DNA from: Candidatus Dormiibacterota bacterium
Lineage (GTDB): Bacteria > Chloroflexota > Dormibacteria > Aeolococcales > Aeolococcaceae
Assembly: GCA_963708605.1 (NCBI GenBank)
Contig: CAVPTG010000011.1
Span: forward strand, 76,639 to 140,638
Direction of reading: 5' to 3'
Length of the DNA: 64,000 nucleotides
A model generated the notes under the pieces. The model was not told the origin of the DNA. It worked only from the letters and a program-made list of their open reading frames with translations, and searched no databases. This document shows positions 28,645-40,467 of the stretch, one piece after another. How positions within the stretch are numbered: the first letter of the stretch is position 1; each line of letters starts with the position of its first letter. The position numbers and the translations under genes were made by a program.

Positions 28645-31600
28645 GTCCTGGCGCTGGATGGAGCGCTCCACGCGGATTCGACACGTCGCGCGTATGCGAC
28701 CCCTGCGGGTGCTCGTTTGCTCTCGTAGAATGCCGTGGCGCGCCTGGACTGCTCGAGTGCGCCGGTGACGCTTCCCGACAGAAACAACACCTCGCCCAGC
28801 GCGAGCGCGGCCTCGGCCTTCTCGAATGGCGCCTGCGTCGACGCTGCGAGTTGCGCGGCGCGTTCCGCGAGGTTGAACGCCTCAGCGAAGTCGCCACTGC
28901 GTGCGAGGACCTTCGCGCGAACTTCGAGGCCGAGCAGCTGGGTGAAGATGTCATCGGCACCTCCCAGCTCCAAGCCTCGCAGCGCCCGCTGGTCGGCCTC
29001 GTCGTAGCGGCCGAGCGCGTACAGCGCTTCACCGAGCTGGCACTCCTGTGTCGAGAGCCACGAACGCTCTCCCAGTTGCTCGAGCTCTTCCACGCCCTGC
29101 CTGGCGACATGCTCAGCAGCCTCGAGGTCCCCTGCCAGCGTCTCGATCTGCCATGCGGACTGCATCGTGATGGCGGCGTAGACGGTCATTCCCCGTTCGC
29201 GGAACTGAGCAAGGGCATCGGCGAAGAGCGATCGTGCCTCGGCGAACTCTCCTTCGAAAGCAAGACAGTAGGCCATCCAGACCGGGAGAAACGGTTGGAA
29301 CCCGCGGTTCTCCTGCTGGTCACGCTCGAGCCACGCCAGCGCTTCGTCGATCGGCATCGATCCGTTGGTCACGGCCGCCGCCGCGAACGCTCGAGAGCTG
29401 TTGGCCATCCAGGGTTCTTCCGCTTCGAGTGCGTGTTCCCTGGCACGCGTGATCGCCACCAGCGCGGCGTCGAACCGGCATCGATAATGGTGGATGAACC
29501 CAGCGGCGATCTCGAGCGCCGCCAGGGCGCTGTGGTCGTGGCTGCGTTCGATCTCGGGCCGGGCGCGCTCGACCAGTGTGATCAGCGCATCCTCGTATGC
29601 CACGGGATCGACGTTGCCTCGCCACATCGTCCCCATCAATTGCGCCTGCAGCGCCCGAATCGGCAGACCGGCAGACGTGTACCGCGCCGCTGCCCTGTCC
29701 GCACGTTCGATTGCCTCGTTCAGGCGGCCGGCCTCCACCACTGCTTGCATGAGCACCTCCTCGAGTTCGAGCTCGATGTGCCCATCGGGAAGCAGGCGTT
29801 CCGCCCGCTCCATGAGGTTGATGGTCGCCGGAGGGTCACCGCGGTCGAGGGCGCGCCTGCCGGCCGCCAGGAGCCTCGCGGCGCCCGCCGTCGCGATGGC
29901 GCGAGCGGTCTCATCCACCGGTCCGAGCTCGGCGCGATATCGGTACGCCTGCTCCAGGTGGTAGCCGGCAATCTCGTCGAGTTCCTCGAGGTCACTGCCG
30001 TGATGGATGAGCCAATCCGCGAACCGCGCATGCAACTCGGCGCGCTCGGACTTGGGCAGTGAGTCGTATGCGGCGTCCCGGATGAGCAGATGCCGGAACG
30101 TGAACGCGTCCTCACCGGCGAAGACAGGACGGTCAGGACGCAGCAGGTCCTTGCGCACCAGCGTCATGAGCCGCCCCGCAACGTCGCGCTCGTCGGGCGC
30201 CATCTGCTCGACCGCGCCGCGATGGAACGATTGCCCCTCGATCGAACCGCGCTCGAGCACGCCACGCTCCTCGGGCTTGAGCTGGTCGAACCGCGCGGCC
30301 AGCAGTGCCTTGATGTTCGGCGGAACGATCACATCGTGATTGCCGGATTCCCGCACCATCGCGACGATCTCCTCGACGAACAGCGGGTTTCCGGCAGCTG
30401 TGGCCCGAACCCGGTCGCGAAGCTCTTTGGAGATTGCTCCGTCCGCCGAAAGCAGCTCGTCGAGCAGTGCCTCGGTATCGGCGGCATTGAGCGGCTCGAG
30501 CAGCACCGTGGTTGCATTGAGCTTGCCCCCGCCCCATCCCGGCCGCCTTTCAAGGAGCTCGGGACGGCCCAGGCACAGCAGGAGGATGGGAGCGTCGCGG
30601 CTGAAGTCGCCGATGTGTTCGATGAGGTCGAAGAGGGTCGGCTCACCCCAGTGCACATCGTCGAAGATCACCGCCAGCGGCTTCTCCTCCGCGGCGGCCT
30701 CGAGCAGCTTCCGCACCGCCCAGGCGATCTCGGTTGACGACGTGGTCACCGTGGCGTCGCCGAGGATTGTCCTGAGTGGCGCGGCCACCGCGCCGTCACG
30801 CTCCATGAGCGCTGCTGCACCGGCACCGGCGGGCGTGGCGAGCAGCTGCTTCATCATCGTGATCACGGGCCAGTACGTGATGCCCTCTCCGTATGACAGG
30901 CACCGCCCGCGGAGCTGGATCGCATCGATGCCGGCCAGGAACTCGGCAGTGAGCCGCGTCTTTCCGACCCCTGCAGCGCCGAGGATGGTGAACATGCTGC
31001 ACGACCGCCCGTCGACGACATTCGCAAAGGCGTCGTTGAGCATGCGCAGCTGGGTGCCCCGCCCCACCATCGGTGCCCCGATGCCATTGTGGGTGTCGCG
31101 CTTCCCACTTCCCAGTGCCACCAGTCGGTATGCCGACAACGGCAGGCTCTTCCCCTTGAGCTCGAGGGGCGCGAGCGGTTCGACGTTCACGTCGTCACGG
31201 ACCAGTCGCCACGTCTCGGGACCGATGACGATCTCGCCGGGCGCAGCGGCCTGCTCGAGACGCGCCGCCACGTTGACCGCATCACCGGTGGCGAGTTGCT
31301 CCTCGGTCCCCGTGACCACCTGACCTGTGTTCACGCCGGTACGCACCATGACCGTGGTCCCGTAGTCGCGCTCCAGCTCGCTGTTCAACACAGCGAGGGC
31401 ATCACGCAGTCCCACCGCCGCACGAACCGCTCGCAGCGCGTCGTCCTCGTGCAGCACAGGCACACCGAACACGGCCATCACGGCGTCACCGATGAACTTC
31501 TCCACCGTCCCACCATGCTGTTCGATGACCTTGCGCGCGGCGTCGAAATAGCGATGCATCACCTGACGCAGGCTTTCCGGATCCAACCGCTCGCCCATCG

Positions 31601-31748
31601 CCGTCGAGCCGGTGACGTCGCAGAAGAGCACCGTGACGGTCTTGCGCTGTGCCCTCGGAGCCGGCGCGGTGGTCAGCGGCGAGCCGCAGCCGTTGCAGAA
31701 TCCCGCGTCGGCGGCATTCTCCCTTCCACAGTTGGCGCACGTGCTCAC
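28641..31748 (-). CDS. zinc-ribbon / class III adenylate-guanylate cyclase / STAND (AAA_16-type) ATPase / TPR protein
   Basis: 1035 aa. CANCGRENAADAGFCNGCG; cyclase motifs VLFCDVTGSTAM, FIGDAVMAVFG and GDAVNVAARLE; P-loop ILGAAGVGKTRL. The last ~550 aa are helical TPR-like repeats. GTG start in a GTGA overlap. Confidence 0.85.
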   Translation of the reverse strand: MSTCANCGRENAADAGFCNGCGSPLTTAPAPRAQRKTVTVLFCDVTGSTAMGERLDPESLRQVMHRYFDAARKVIEQHGGTVEKFIGDAVMAVFGVPVLHEDDALRAVRAAVGLRDALAVLNSELERDYGTTVMVRTGVNTGQVVTGTEEQLATGDAVNVAARLEQAAAPGEIVIGPETWRLVRDDVNVEPLAPLELKGKSLPLSAYRLVALGSGKRDTHNGIGAPMVGRGTQLRMLNDAFANVVDGRSCSMFTILGAAGVGKTRLTAEFLAGIDAIQLRGRCLSYGEGITYWPVITMMKQLLATPAGAGAAALMERDGAVAAPLRTILGDATVTTSSTEIAWAVRKLLEAAAEEKPLAVIFDDVHWGEPTLFDLIEHIGDFSRDAPILLLCLGRPELLERRPGWGGGKLNATTVLLEPLNAADTEALLDELLSADGAISKELRDRVRATAAGNPLFVEEIVAMVRESGNHDVIVPPNIKALLAARFDQLKPEERGVLERGSIEGQSFHRGAVEQMAPDERDVAGRLMTLVRKDLLRPDRPVFAGEDAFTFRHLLIRDAAYDSLPKSERAELHARFADWLIHHGSDLEELDEIAGYHLEQAYRYRAELGPVDETARAIATAGAARLLAAGRRALDRGDPPATINLMERAERLLPDGHIELELEEVLMQAVVEAGRLNEAIERADRAAARYTSAGLPIRALQAQLMGTMWRGNVDPVAYEDALITLVERARPEIERSHDHSALAALEIAAGFIHHYRCRFDAALVAITRAREHALEAEEPWMANSSRAFAAAAVTNGSMPIDEALAWLERDQQENRGFQPFLPVWMAYCLAFEGEFAEARSLFADALAQFRERGMTVYAAITMQSAWQIETLAGDLEAAEHVARQGVEELEQLGERSWLSTQECQLGEALYALGRYDEADQRALRGLELGGADDIFTQLLGLEVRAKVLARSGDFAEAFNLAERAAQLAASTQAPFEKAEAALALGEVLFLSGSVTGALEQSRRATAFYESKRAPAGVAYARRVESAWSAPSSART

Positions 31749-32155
31749 AGCCGTGGATCGTGCACGTCGACGTCGCGATGGGTCACGGAAACCGTGAGAC
31801 CGTCACCGCGCAGCCGTTCTGCGAGTGCCTCGACAATCACCACGGATCGATGCCTCCCACCGGTGCAGCCCACCGCGAGGCTCAGCCCATCCTTGCCTCG
31901 TTCCGCGTTGCGTTGCGCGGACCACGATACCAGCGCGTGCGTCCGATCGATGAGCTCGCGCGCCACCTCATCCCCGAGGACGTAATCGCGCACCGCATCG
32001 TCGAGCCCGGTGAACGAGCGCAGCTCGGGGACCCAGAACGGGTTGCGCACCATGCGAGCGTCCACGACCCATCCGGCTTCGGCCGGAAGACCGAACTTGA
32101 AACCGAACGACGTCATCGTCATCGCGATGTCCGATGCCTGTCCCTCCGCGCTCAC
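31745..32155 (-). CDS. rapZ: RapZ (YvcJ) C-terminal domain only; no N-terminal P-loop domain
   Basis: 136 aa. SFGFKFGLPAEAGWVVDARMVRNPFWVPELR and LAVGCTGGRHRSVVIVE match the C-terminal half of RapZ. The GTG start overlaps the uvrC stop (GTGA), leaving no room for the Walker-A domain. Confidence 0.7.
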   Translation of the reverse strand: MSAEGQASDIAMTMTSFGFKFGLPAEAGWVVDARMVRNPFWVPELRSFTGLDDAVRDYVLGDEVARELIDRTHALVSWSAQRNAERGKDGLSLAVGCTGGRHRSVVIVEALAERLRGDGLTVSVTHRDVDVHDPRL

Positions 32156-34170
32156 AGCAGCTCCTTCACCCGCAACGCCACGGGTCGCGGGACCACGGTG
32201 GTGAGCTGCTCGAGCGGCGCGTCGCGGATGGCATCGATGCTGCCGAAGTGACGGAGCAGCGCCCGTCGACGCACCGGACCGAGGCCGGGCACCACGTCGA
32301 GCTTCGATCGCAGCGCCGCACGCGCGCGGCGGCCGCGGTGGTGGGTGATCGCAAATCGATGGGCCTCGTCGCGCACTCGCTGCACCAGGAACAACGTCGG
32401 GCTGTCCCGCTCGATGATGATCGGGCGCGCGCGACCTGGCTTGTACAGCTCCTCGTTGCGCTTGGCGAGCCCGAACACGGGAACCCTGGTCAACCCCGCC
32501 TCGCGCAGCGCTTTGACCGCTGCGCTCAACTGCCCCTTGCCGCCGTCGATCAGGATGAGGTCGGGCAGGACCGAGAAGCTCAGGTCGGCATCGTCACCAC
32601 CGCGCGGCGTCCGTCGCGGCCGCTCGTTGGTCCCGTTGGCTCCCGCCGGGTCGAGCACCGGGATGTCCAGGTCTGGCCCATCCTCACGCGGGCCGAGGCG
32701 CCGGAAGCGGCGGCGCAGCGTCTCCTCGATGGATGCGAAGTCGTTGGAACCCTCGACGGTTTTGATCCCGAAATGACGGTAGGCGGCGGGCGCCGGACGT
32801 CCGTCCTCGAAGACCACCATCGAGCCCACCGAGTTCGTGCCCATGGTGTTGCTGATGTCGTAGCACTCGATCCGCCGCGGCGGTGCTCCGAGCTGCAGAC
32901 GCGTTGCGAGGTCATCGAGCAGCGCCTCGGTCTTGGCGGCGTCGTAATCATCGACGATGCGCTGCTGACGCAGCGCCACAAGCGCTGTCTCCGCCGCCTG
33001 CGCGATCAGACGCCGGGCGTCGCCGCGTTTTGGGACGTGCACCTCGACCGGACCGCCGCGCTGCTCAGCGAGGAACTCCTCGAACACCACGCGATCCTCG
33101 ATGTCGTCGGACACGAGGAGACGGCGCGGAATCGAGGTGACATTGGCGTAGTACTGCGGAAGAAAGGCCCCGAGGCATGCGGCGGCATCGAGCCCGGCGA
33201 CGCCCTCGAGCTCGTGCGTTTCCATCGCCATCACGCGACCCTGGCGGATGCTCAGCACCGCGGCCATGGCACGCCCCGCCTCGACCGCGACCGCGATGCA
33301 GTCCTCGTCGGACCGCGCGCCGCGCAACACCGTCTGGCGTTCGCTGATGCGCTCGATGGCGCGCAGCCGGTCGCGAAAACGCGCTGCCAGCTCGTAATCG
33401 CGATTGTCCGCGGCCGCATCCATCTGGTCGCGCAGCTCGTCGTGCAGGGTGTCCGACCTGCCCTCCATGAACTCCTGGACCTGCTCGAGGATCTCCGCGT
33501 ATTCCGGGCCGTCGATCTTCCCTTCGCAGGGTCCCGAGCACCGTTTGATGTGGTAATCGAGACAGACGTGTCCGCGACGGAAGATCTCGTCGCTGCAGGT
33601 GCGGAACGGGAAGATGGTCCGCAGCGATCGGACGGTGGTTCGCAACGACTGCGCACTGGTGTACGGCCCGAAGTAGCGGGCGCCGTCGCGGATCACCTTG
33701 CGCGTGTAGTACGGCCGGGGGAACTCCGTCGCGCCCTCGGCGCTCTTGCCTCGGGGTTTGCGGACCTCCTCACGGGCCGTGCCCGGAGCCACCGCATCGT
33801 GCACGCCGGGGCGCGGGATCTTGAGGTAGAGATAGCTCTTGTCGTCCTTGAGGCGCACGTTGAAGCGCGGGCGGTGCTGCTTGATGAGCGTGTTCTCGAG
33901 GACCAACGCCTCATGCTCGCTCTGACACGCGATGACCTCGAAGTCGAAAACGCTCGAGATCAACTGATGGGTGCGTGGCTGGAGCGCGTCGATACCCGAG
34001 AACCAGGAGCGCAAACGGTTGCGCACGTTCGAAGCCTTGCCCACGTAGATGACCCGCGCGTCTACACCGCGCATGACGTACACGCCGGGGCCGTCCGGCG
34101 AGGCGCGCAGACGTGCCCGGAGCTGCGCCTTGTCATCAAGGAGGCGCTCTGGTCGCCGCGGGGCCGCCAT
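32152..34170 (-). CDS. uvrC: excinuclease ABC subunit C
   Basis: ATG 34170 (MAAPRRPERLL), 672 aa. GIY-YIG motif PGVYVMRG...IYVGKA, then HRPRFNV, and a C-terminal HhH (LLRHFGSIDAIRDA). Confidence 0.95.
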   Translation of the reverse strand: MAAPRRPERLLDDKAQLRARLRASPDGPGVYVMRGVDARVIYVGKASNVRNRLRSWFSGIDALQPRTHQLISSVFDFEVIACQSEHEALVLENTLIKQHRPRFNVRLKDDKSYLYLKIPRPGVHDAVAPGTAREEVRKPRGKSAEGATEFPRPYYTRKVIRDGARYFGPYTSAQSLRTTVRSLRTIFPFRTCSDEIFRRGHVCLDYHIKRCSGPCEGKIDGPEYAEILEQVQEFMEGRSDTLHDELRDQMDAAADNRDYELAARFRDRLRAIERISERQTVLRGARSDEDCIAVAVEAGRAMAAVLSIRQGRVMAMETHELEGVAGLDAAACLGAFLPQYYANVTSIPRRLLVSDDIEDRVVFEEFLAEQRGGPVEVHVPKRGDARRLIAQAAETALVALRQQRIVDDYDAAKTEALLDDLATRLQLGAPPRRIECYDISNTMGTNSVGSMVVFEDGRPAPAAYRHFGIKTVEGSNDFASIEETLRRRFRRLGPREDGPDLDIPVLDPAGANGTNERPRRTPRGGDDADLSFSVLPDLILIDGGKGQLSAAVKALREAGLTRVPVFGLAKRNEELYKPGRARPIIIERDSPTLFLVQRVRDEAHRFAITHHRGRRARAALRSKLDVVPGLGPVRRRALLRHFGSIDAIRDAPLEQLTTVVPRPVALRVKELL

Positions 34171-34196
34171 CGTGGTCACAACTGCAGTATCGCTGC

Positions 34197-36236
<2,040 letters not shown>

Positions 36237-38460
36237 TCACGGGTCCGCGATCGGCCAGAGCGTCGCGTCGGCGACCGCGAAGATCTTGACGCCGTGGTCG
36301 TCGAATTTGATGACCAGCTCCTCACCGCCTCTGGTCATCGTGCTCTTGAGCACCGTGCCCTCACCGTAACGCTGATGACCGATGCGCATGCCCTCGGTGA
36401 ACCGCTGCGGGGCAAGCTCCACGGGGTTCGGCCGCGTCGCGTAGCCGACGATGGCGCGGCGGACCGTTCCGGACGCACGGATATCCCCCAGCGAGGGCGC
36501 GCCCGGACGCAGCTGGACCTCGAGCATCTCCGCTGGGATCTCGCCGAGGAAGCGCGACGCCTCGGCCAGCTGCGGCGTCCCGTAGGTGTGACGCCGGAAT
36601 GCATGCAGGAGATAGAGACGGCGGCGGGCGCGGGTGATCCCGACATAGGTCAGGCGGCGCTCCTCGTCGATACCCGCGTCGCCCTCCTCGAGCGCGCGCG
36701 AGTGCGGCAGGAGCCCCTCCTCCATGCCGGCGACGAACACCACGCCGAATTCGAGACCCTTGACCTGGTGCAGGGTGATCAGCGTGACTCCCTGCACCTC
36801 GTCGCGCATGCTGTCGACGTCGCTGACCAGCGCGACGTTCTCGAGGAACTGCACCAGCCCATCGGGCGGCGGCACATCCGAGTATTCGCCGGCGAGCCCG
36901 GCCAGCTCGAGGACGTTCGCCCAGCGCTCCACGCCTTCCTGCGTCCCGTCCTGGAGCATCTCGCGGTACCCGGTCTCGTCGAGGACTCGTTCGAGGAGCA
37001 CTGGCAACGGGACCCGCTGCGCGTCTGAGCTCAGCCGTTCCATGAGGGTCGCAAAGCTCCGCAGCGCCGTCATCGCCGCGGGTCCGAGGGCCTGGTCGCC
37101 CTCGTCGAGGCGCTGGGCCGCTTCGAGCGGCGCCAGTCCCTTCTTGCGCGCGAGCTTCTCCAGCTCGGTGACGCTGCGATCGCCGATCTTGCGGCGCGGG
37201 GTGTTGACGACTCGCGCGAACGAGACCGCGTCGCGCGGGTTGACGCAGAGGCGCAGATAGGCGAGGACGTCCTTGACCTCTTTGCGGTCGTAGAAACGGA
37301 GACCGCCGACCAGCTGATATGGGATACCGCGCCGGAGGAAGACCTCTTCAAAGGCACGCGACTGGGCGTTGGTTCGATAGAGCACCGCGCATTCGGCGAG
37401 CGTCACTCCCTCGCGACCGATGAGATTCTCGATCTCCGAGCCGACCGCGAGCGCCTCCTCGCGCTCGTCGTACACGGAGATGAGACGAACCGGTTCACCG
37501 ATGCTCTGCTCGGTCCACAACCTCTTCTCCGCGCGCTGACTGTTGTTGCGGATCACCGCGTGGGCGATGTCGAGAATCGGTTGTGTGGAGCGGTAATTCT
37601 GCTCGAGCACGACCTTGCGCGCATCGGGAAAGTCGTGTTCGAACGACAGGATGTTGCGCACGTCCGCGCCCCTGAAGCCGTACACGGCCTGATCATCATC
37701 TCCGACCACGGTGACGTTGCGGTGTTTCGCGCCGAGGATCTTCACCAGCTCGTACTGGGCCTTGTTGGTGTCCTGGTACTCGTCGACAAACAGATGCAGG
37801 AAGCGATCCTGGTAGTACTCGCGCACCGAGTTCGGCTTCACGGAACAGCGTCACCGCGCGCAGCAGCAGGTCGTCGAAATCCAGCGCCGCGGCCGCATCG
37901 AGCTCGCGCTCGTACGCCCAGTAGATGCGCGAGATCTGCTCGTCCATGGTGTTCGGTGTCACCCGGGCCTGGAAATCGCGCGCGTCGAGCAGCTCGTTCT
38001 TGGCAGCGCTGATCGCATGCGCCGCACGGCTCGGGGTGAGGCGTTTCTCGTCGATGCCCTCGGCGCGGATCGCGTTGCGGATGGCCGACAGGCGGTCCGC
38101 CTCGTCGTAGATGGTGTAGCCGGAGGGAATGCCGATCGCCTCACCCTCGCGACGCAGCAGGCGCGCACCCAGCGAGTGGAACGTGCCGAGCCACATGCCG
38201 CGGATGCTGTCCCCGATCAGCTGCTCCACGCGAGCACGCATCTCGCGGGCCGCCTTGTTGGTGAAGGTGACGGCGCAGATCTCGTCGGGGCGCACGCGCC
38301 GTGTCGCGATCACGTACGCGATCCGGTGCGTGAGCACGCGGGTCTTGCCGCTGCCGGCGCCGGCAAAGATGAGCAGCGGTCCATCGGGGGCCTCGACGGC
38401 CTCACGCTGGGGCGGATTCAGCCCCTCCAGCAGGGCCGTCGCCCCGATCGTCGCGCTCAG
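36237..38460 (-). pseudogene. pcrA: ATP-dependent DNA helicase PcrA/UvrD, one frameshift; non-canonical (CTG?) start
   Basis: Walker A LLIFAGAGSGKTRVLTHR is encoded at about 38340-38395, upstream of the first ATG/GTG/TTG in that frame. Also TFTNKAAREM, FVDEYQDTN and VVGDDDQAVYGFRGA. The frames join at about 37838-37846 (TLFR|KPNSVREYY). The span is 3n+1. Confidence 0.85.
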
Positions 38461-39332
38461 GCGTGCGCCCCGGTCGCGGGCGCCGGACTCCCCGTCGATG
38501 CGCGGTACGCATCGGGCCGGCGATCGGCGTGCAGATGGTTGCGCGGGGTGCGCCGTCTCGCCTGTTCGACGGAATCGAGGTCGACGTCGGCGATGAGCAA
38601 CTCCTCCTGATCCTTGCTCGCCGGGCCGGACACCGGCCAGCCATCGGCTCCGACGATGATCGACGCCCCGATGAACGTGACCCCCCGCTCGACGCCGATG
38701 CGATCCGCGCAGGCCATGACCACGCCGTTCTGAGCGGCCGTCGCCATCGCCACATAGTCGCCCTGGCAGTACCCGCGGTCGTCCCAGACCGTGCGCTTGA
38801 AGGACGCCACCCAGTTGGTCGGCACCGCGATGATCTCGGCGCCGGCGAGCGCCAGCGCCCGAGCGGGCTCCGGGAACCAGAGGTCGAAGCAGATGATCAT
38901 GCCGACCCGCCCGAACGGGAGGTCGACGATCGGCAGGTCATCGCCAGGCTGGAACCAGGTCTGCTCGTCGTAGTACAGGTGCAGCTTGCGATACGTCGCC
39001 ATGCGGCCCGACGCGCCGATCAGGACCGAGCTGTTGTGCCTGCAGTCACCGTCGCGCTCGCTGATGCCGGCGACGATGTGACATCCGTGCATGGCGCAGA
39101 CCTCGCGAAGCGCCCGGACGGTCGGCCCGTCGTCGGGGTCCTCGGCGGCGCGCTGCGCTTCGGCCTCGTCGCCGAACACGTAGCCACTCGACGCCAGCTC
39201 GGGAAGCACGATGAGGTTCGCACCCTGCTCGGCCGCCGCGGTCGCCCACAGCACCGCCTGTGAGCGGTTGTGCTCGAGCTCGCCGACGTGCGGCTCGTAC
39301 TGGGCGACGGCGATGCGGACGGGACGGCTCAT
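38457..39332 (-). CDS. carbon-nitrogen hydrolase (nitrilase superfamily) protein
   Basis: ATG 39332 (MSRPVRIAVAQ). Glu-Lys-Cys triad context LPELASSGY, YRKLHLY and MIICFDLWFPE. Confidence 0.8.
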   Translation of the reverse strand: MSRPVRIAVAQYEPHVGELEHNRSQAVLWATAAAEQGANLIVLPELASSGYVFGDEAEAQRAAEDPDDGPTVRALREVCAMHGCHIVAGISERDGDCRHNSSVLIGASGRMATYRKLHLYYDEQTWFQPGDDLPIVDLPFGRVGMIICFDLWFPEPARALALAGAEIIAVPTNWVASFKRTVWDDRGYCQGDYVAMATAAQNGVVMACADRIGVERGVTFIGASIIVGADGWPVSGPASKDQEELLIADVDLDSVEQARRRTPRNHLHADRRPDAYRASTGSPAPATGAHA

Positions 39333-39336
39333 ACGC

Positions 39337-40467
39337 TCACGGTAGCGCAGCAGGAGTGACACCAGGATGACGCGGGATCCCCTCCGAGATACCGCACAGG
39401 ATCTCGTGCGGCAGGGTGCCGGTCAGCTCACCGACCTCGTCCGCGCCGATGCGAACGCCGGCGTGTTCGCCGATGAACATTGCGGTGTCTCCCGGGGCGA
39501 TGCCCTCCACCTCCGTGACGTCGACGCCGACCTGATCCATGCTCACGATCCCGACGATCGGACAGCGACGCCCGCGGATCGCCATGTGCCCGCGGTTCGA
39601 CAGCGCGCGCGGCACACCCTGCCCGTAGCCGAGGGTTGCGGTGGCAATGAGACGCGCGGTCTCGGCACGCCACGTACGTCCATAGCCGACGCTCTCGCCG
39701 CGTGCGACCCGGCGCACCTGGGCGACGCGGCAGAAGACGCTCATCGCCGGCCGGAGTGACGCGGGGCCGGGCACCGGCGGGTAGCCGTAGAAGGCGATGC
39801 CGGCGCGCACCAGATCGTGGTGCATCGCCGGATGCGCCAGGATCGCGGCACTGCCGGAGGTGTGGAGCAGCGCACCCGGCGCGACCGCTCGAAGTGCCTC
39901 GACGGCCTCGAGAAAGCGGGCGTGCTGGGTCACCGTGAAGCCCACGTCCTCGGCCGCGTCGGCGAAGTGGGTGAAGATGCCCGCCACGTCGACGCGATCC
40001 CCCGCGTCGCGCACCGCGTCCGCCAGCGATTCCACCGCTTCTGGAAGCACGCCGAGCCGGTGCAGCCCGGTGTCGATCTTGAGGTGCACCCTGGGTCTCC
40101 GACCGCCCGCGGCCGCCAGCACCGCATGCAGCCCGCCGGCATCGAGCACGCTGACGTCGACGCCGGCTGCAATCAGGTCATCGAGCGCTGCGGGCGGGCT
40201 CCAGCCCACCACGAGCACGCGCGTGTCGAAGCCCGCCGCTCGCAGGCTGAGCGCCTCCTGCGGCGTGTACACGCCGAGCCACGTCGCGCCGCCCTCGAGC
40301 GCGGCCCGGGCGGCGATGGTGATGCCGTGCCCGTAGCCGTTCGACTTCACCATGATCATCACCGACGCCGGCCGCACCAGCGTGGCCATCACCTCGGCGT
40401 TCCGCATCAGCGCAGCGACGTCGATCTCCACCCAGCGGAGCTCGCCGTCCCGGGCTCCCGTGGTCAC
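39337..40467 (-). CDS. alr: alanine racemase
   Basis: 376 aa. PLP-Lys motif VKSNGYGHG, then HLKIDTGLHRLG and VSMDQ. GTG start in a GTGA overlap. Confidence 0.9.
   Translation of the reverse strand: MTTGARDGELRWVEIDVAALMRNAEVMATLVRPASVMIMVKSNGYGHGITIAARAALEGGATWLGVYTPQEALSLRAAGFDTRVLVVGWSPPAALDDLIAAGVDVSVLDAGGLHAVLAAAGGRRPRVHLKIDTGLHRLGVLPEAVESLADAVRDAGDRVDVAGIFTHFADAAEDVGFTVTQHARFLEAVEALRAVAPGALLHTSGSAAILAHPAMHHDLVRAGIAFYGYPPVPGPASLRPAMSVFCRVAQVRRVARGESVGYGRTWRAETARLIATATLGYGQGVPRALSNRGHMAIRGRRCPIVGIVSMDQVGVDVTEVEGIAPGDTAMFIGEHAGVRIGADEVGELTGTLPHEILCGISEGIPRHPGVTPAALP

Noticed and set aside
28641-31748. Reading the cyclase/STAND proteins (also 9718-12341) as Pycsar/CBASS-like or Avs-like antiphage systems.
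   Set aside because: There is no adjacent effector (TM, TIR, nuclease or similar), no mobile-element context and no other defence genes. Cyclase/ATPase/TPR proteins are common signalling regulators in GC-rich Gram-positives. I kept them as a signalling hypothesis only.
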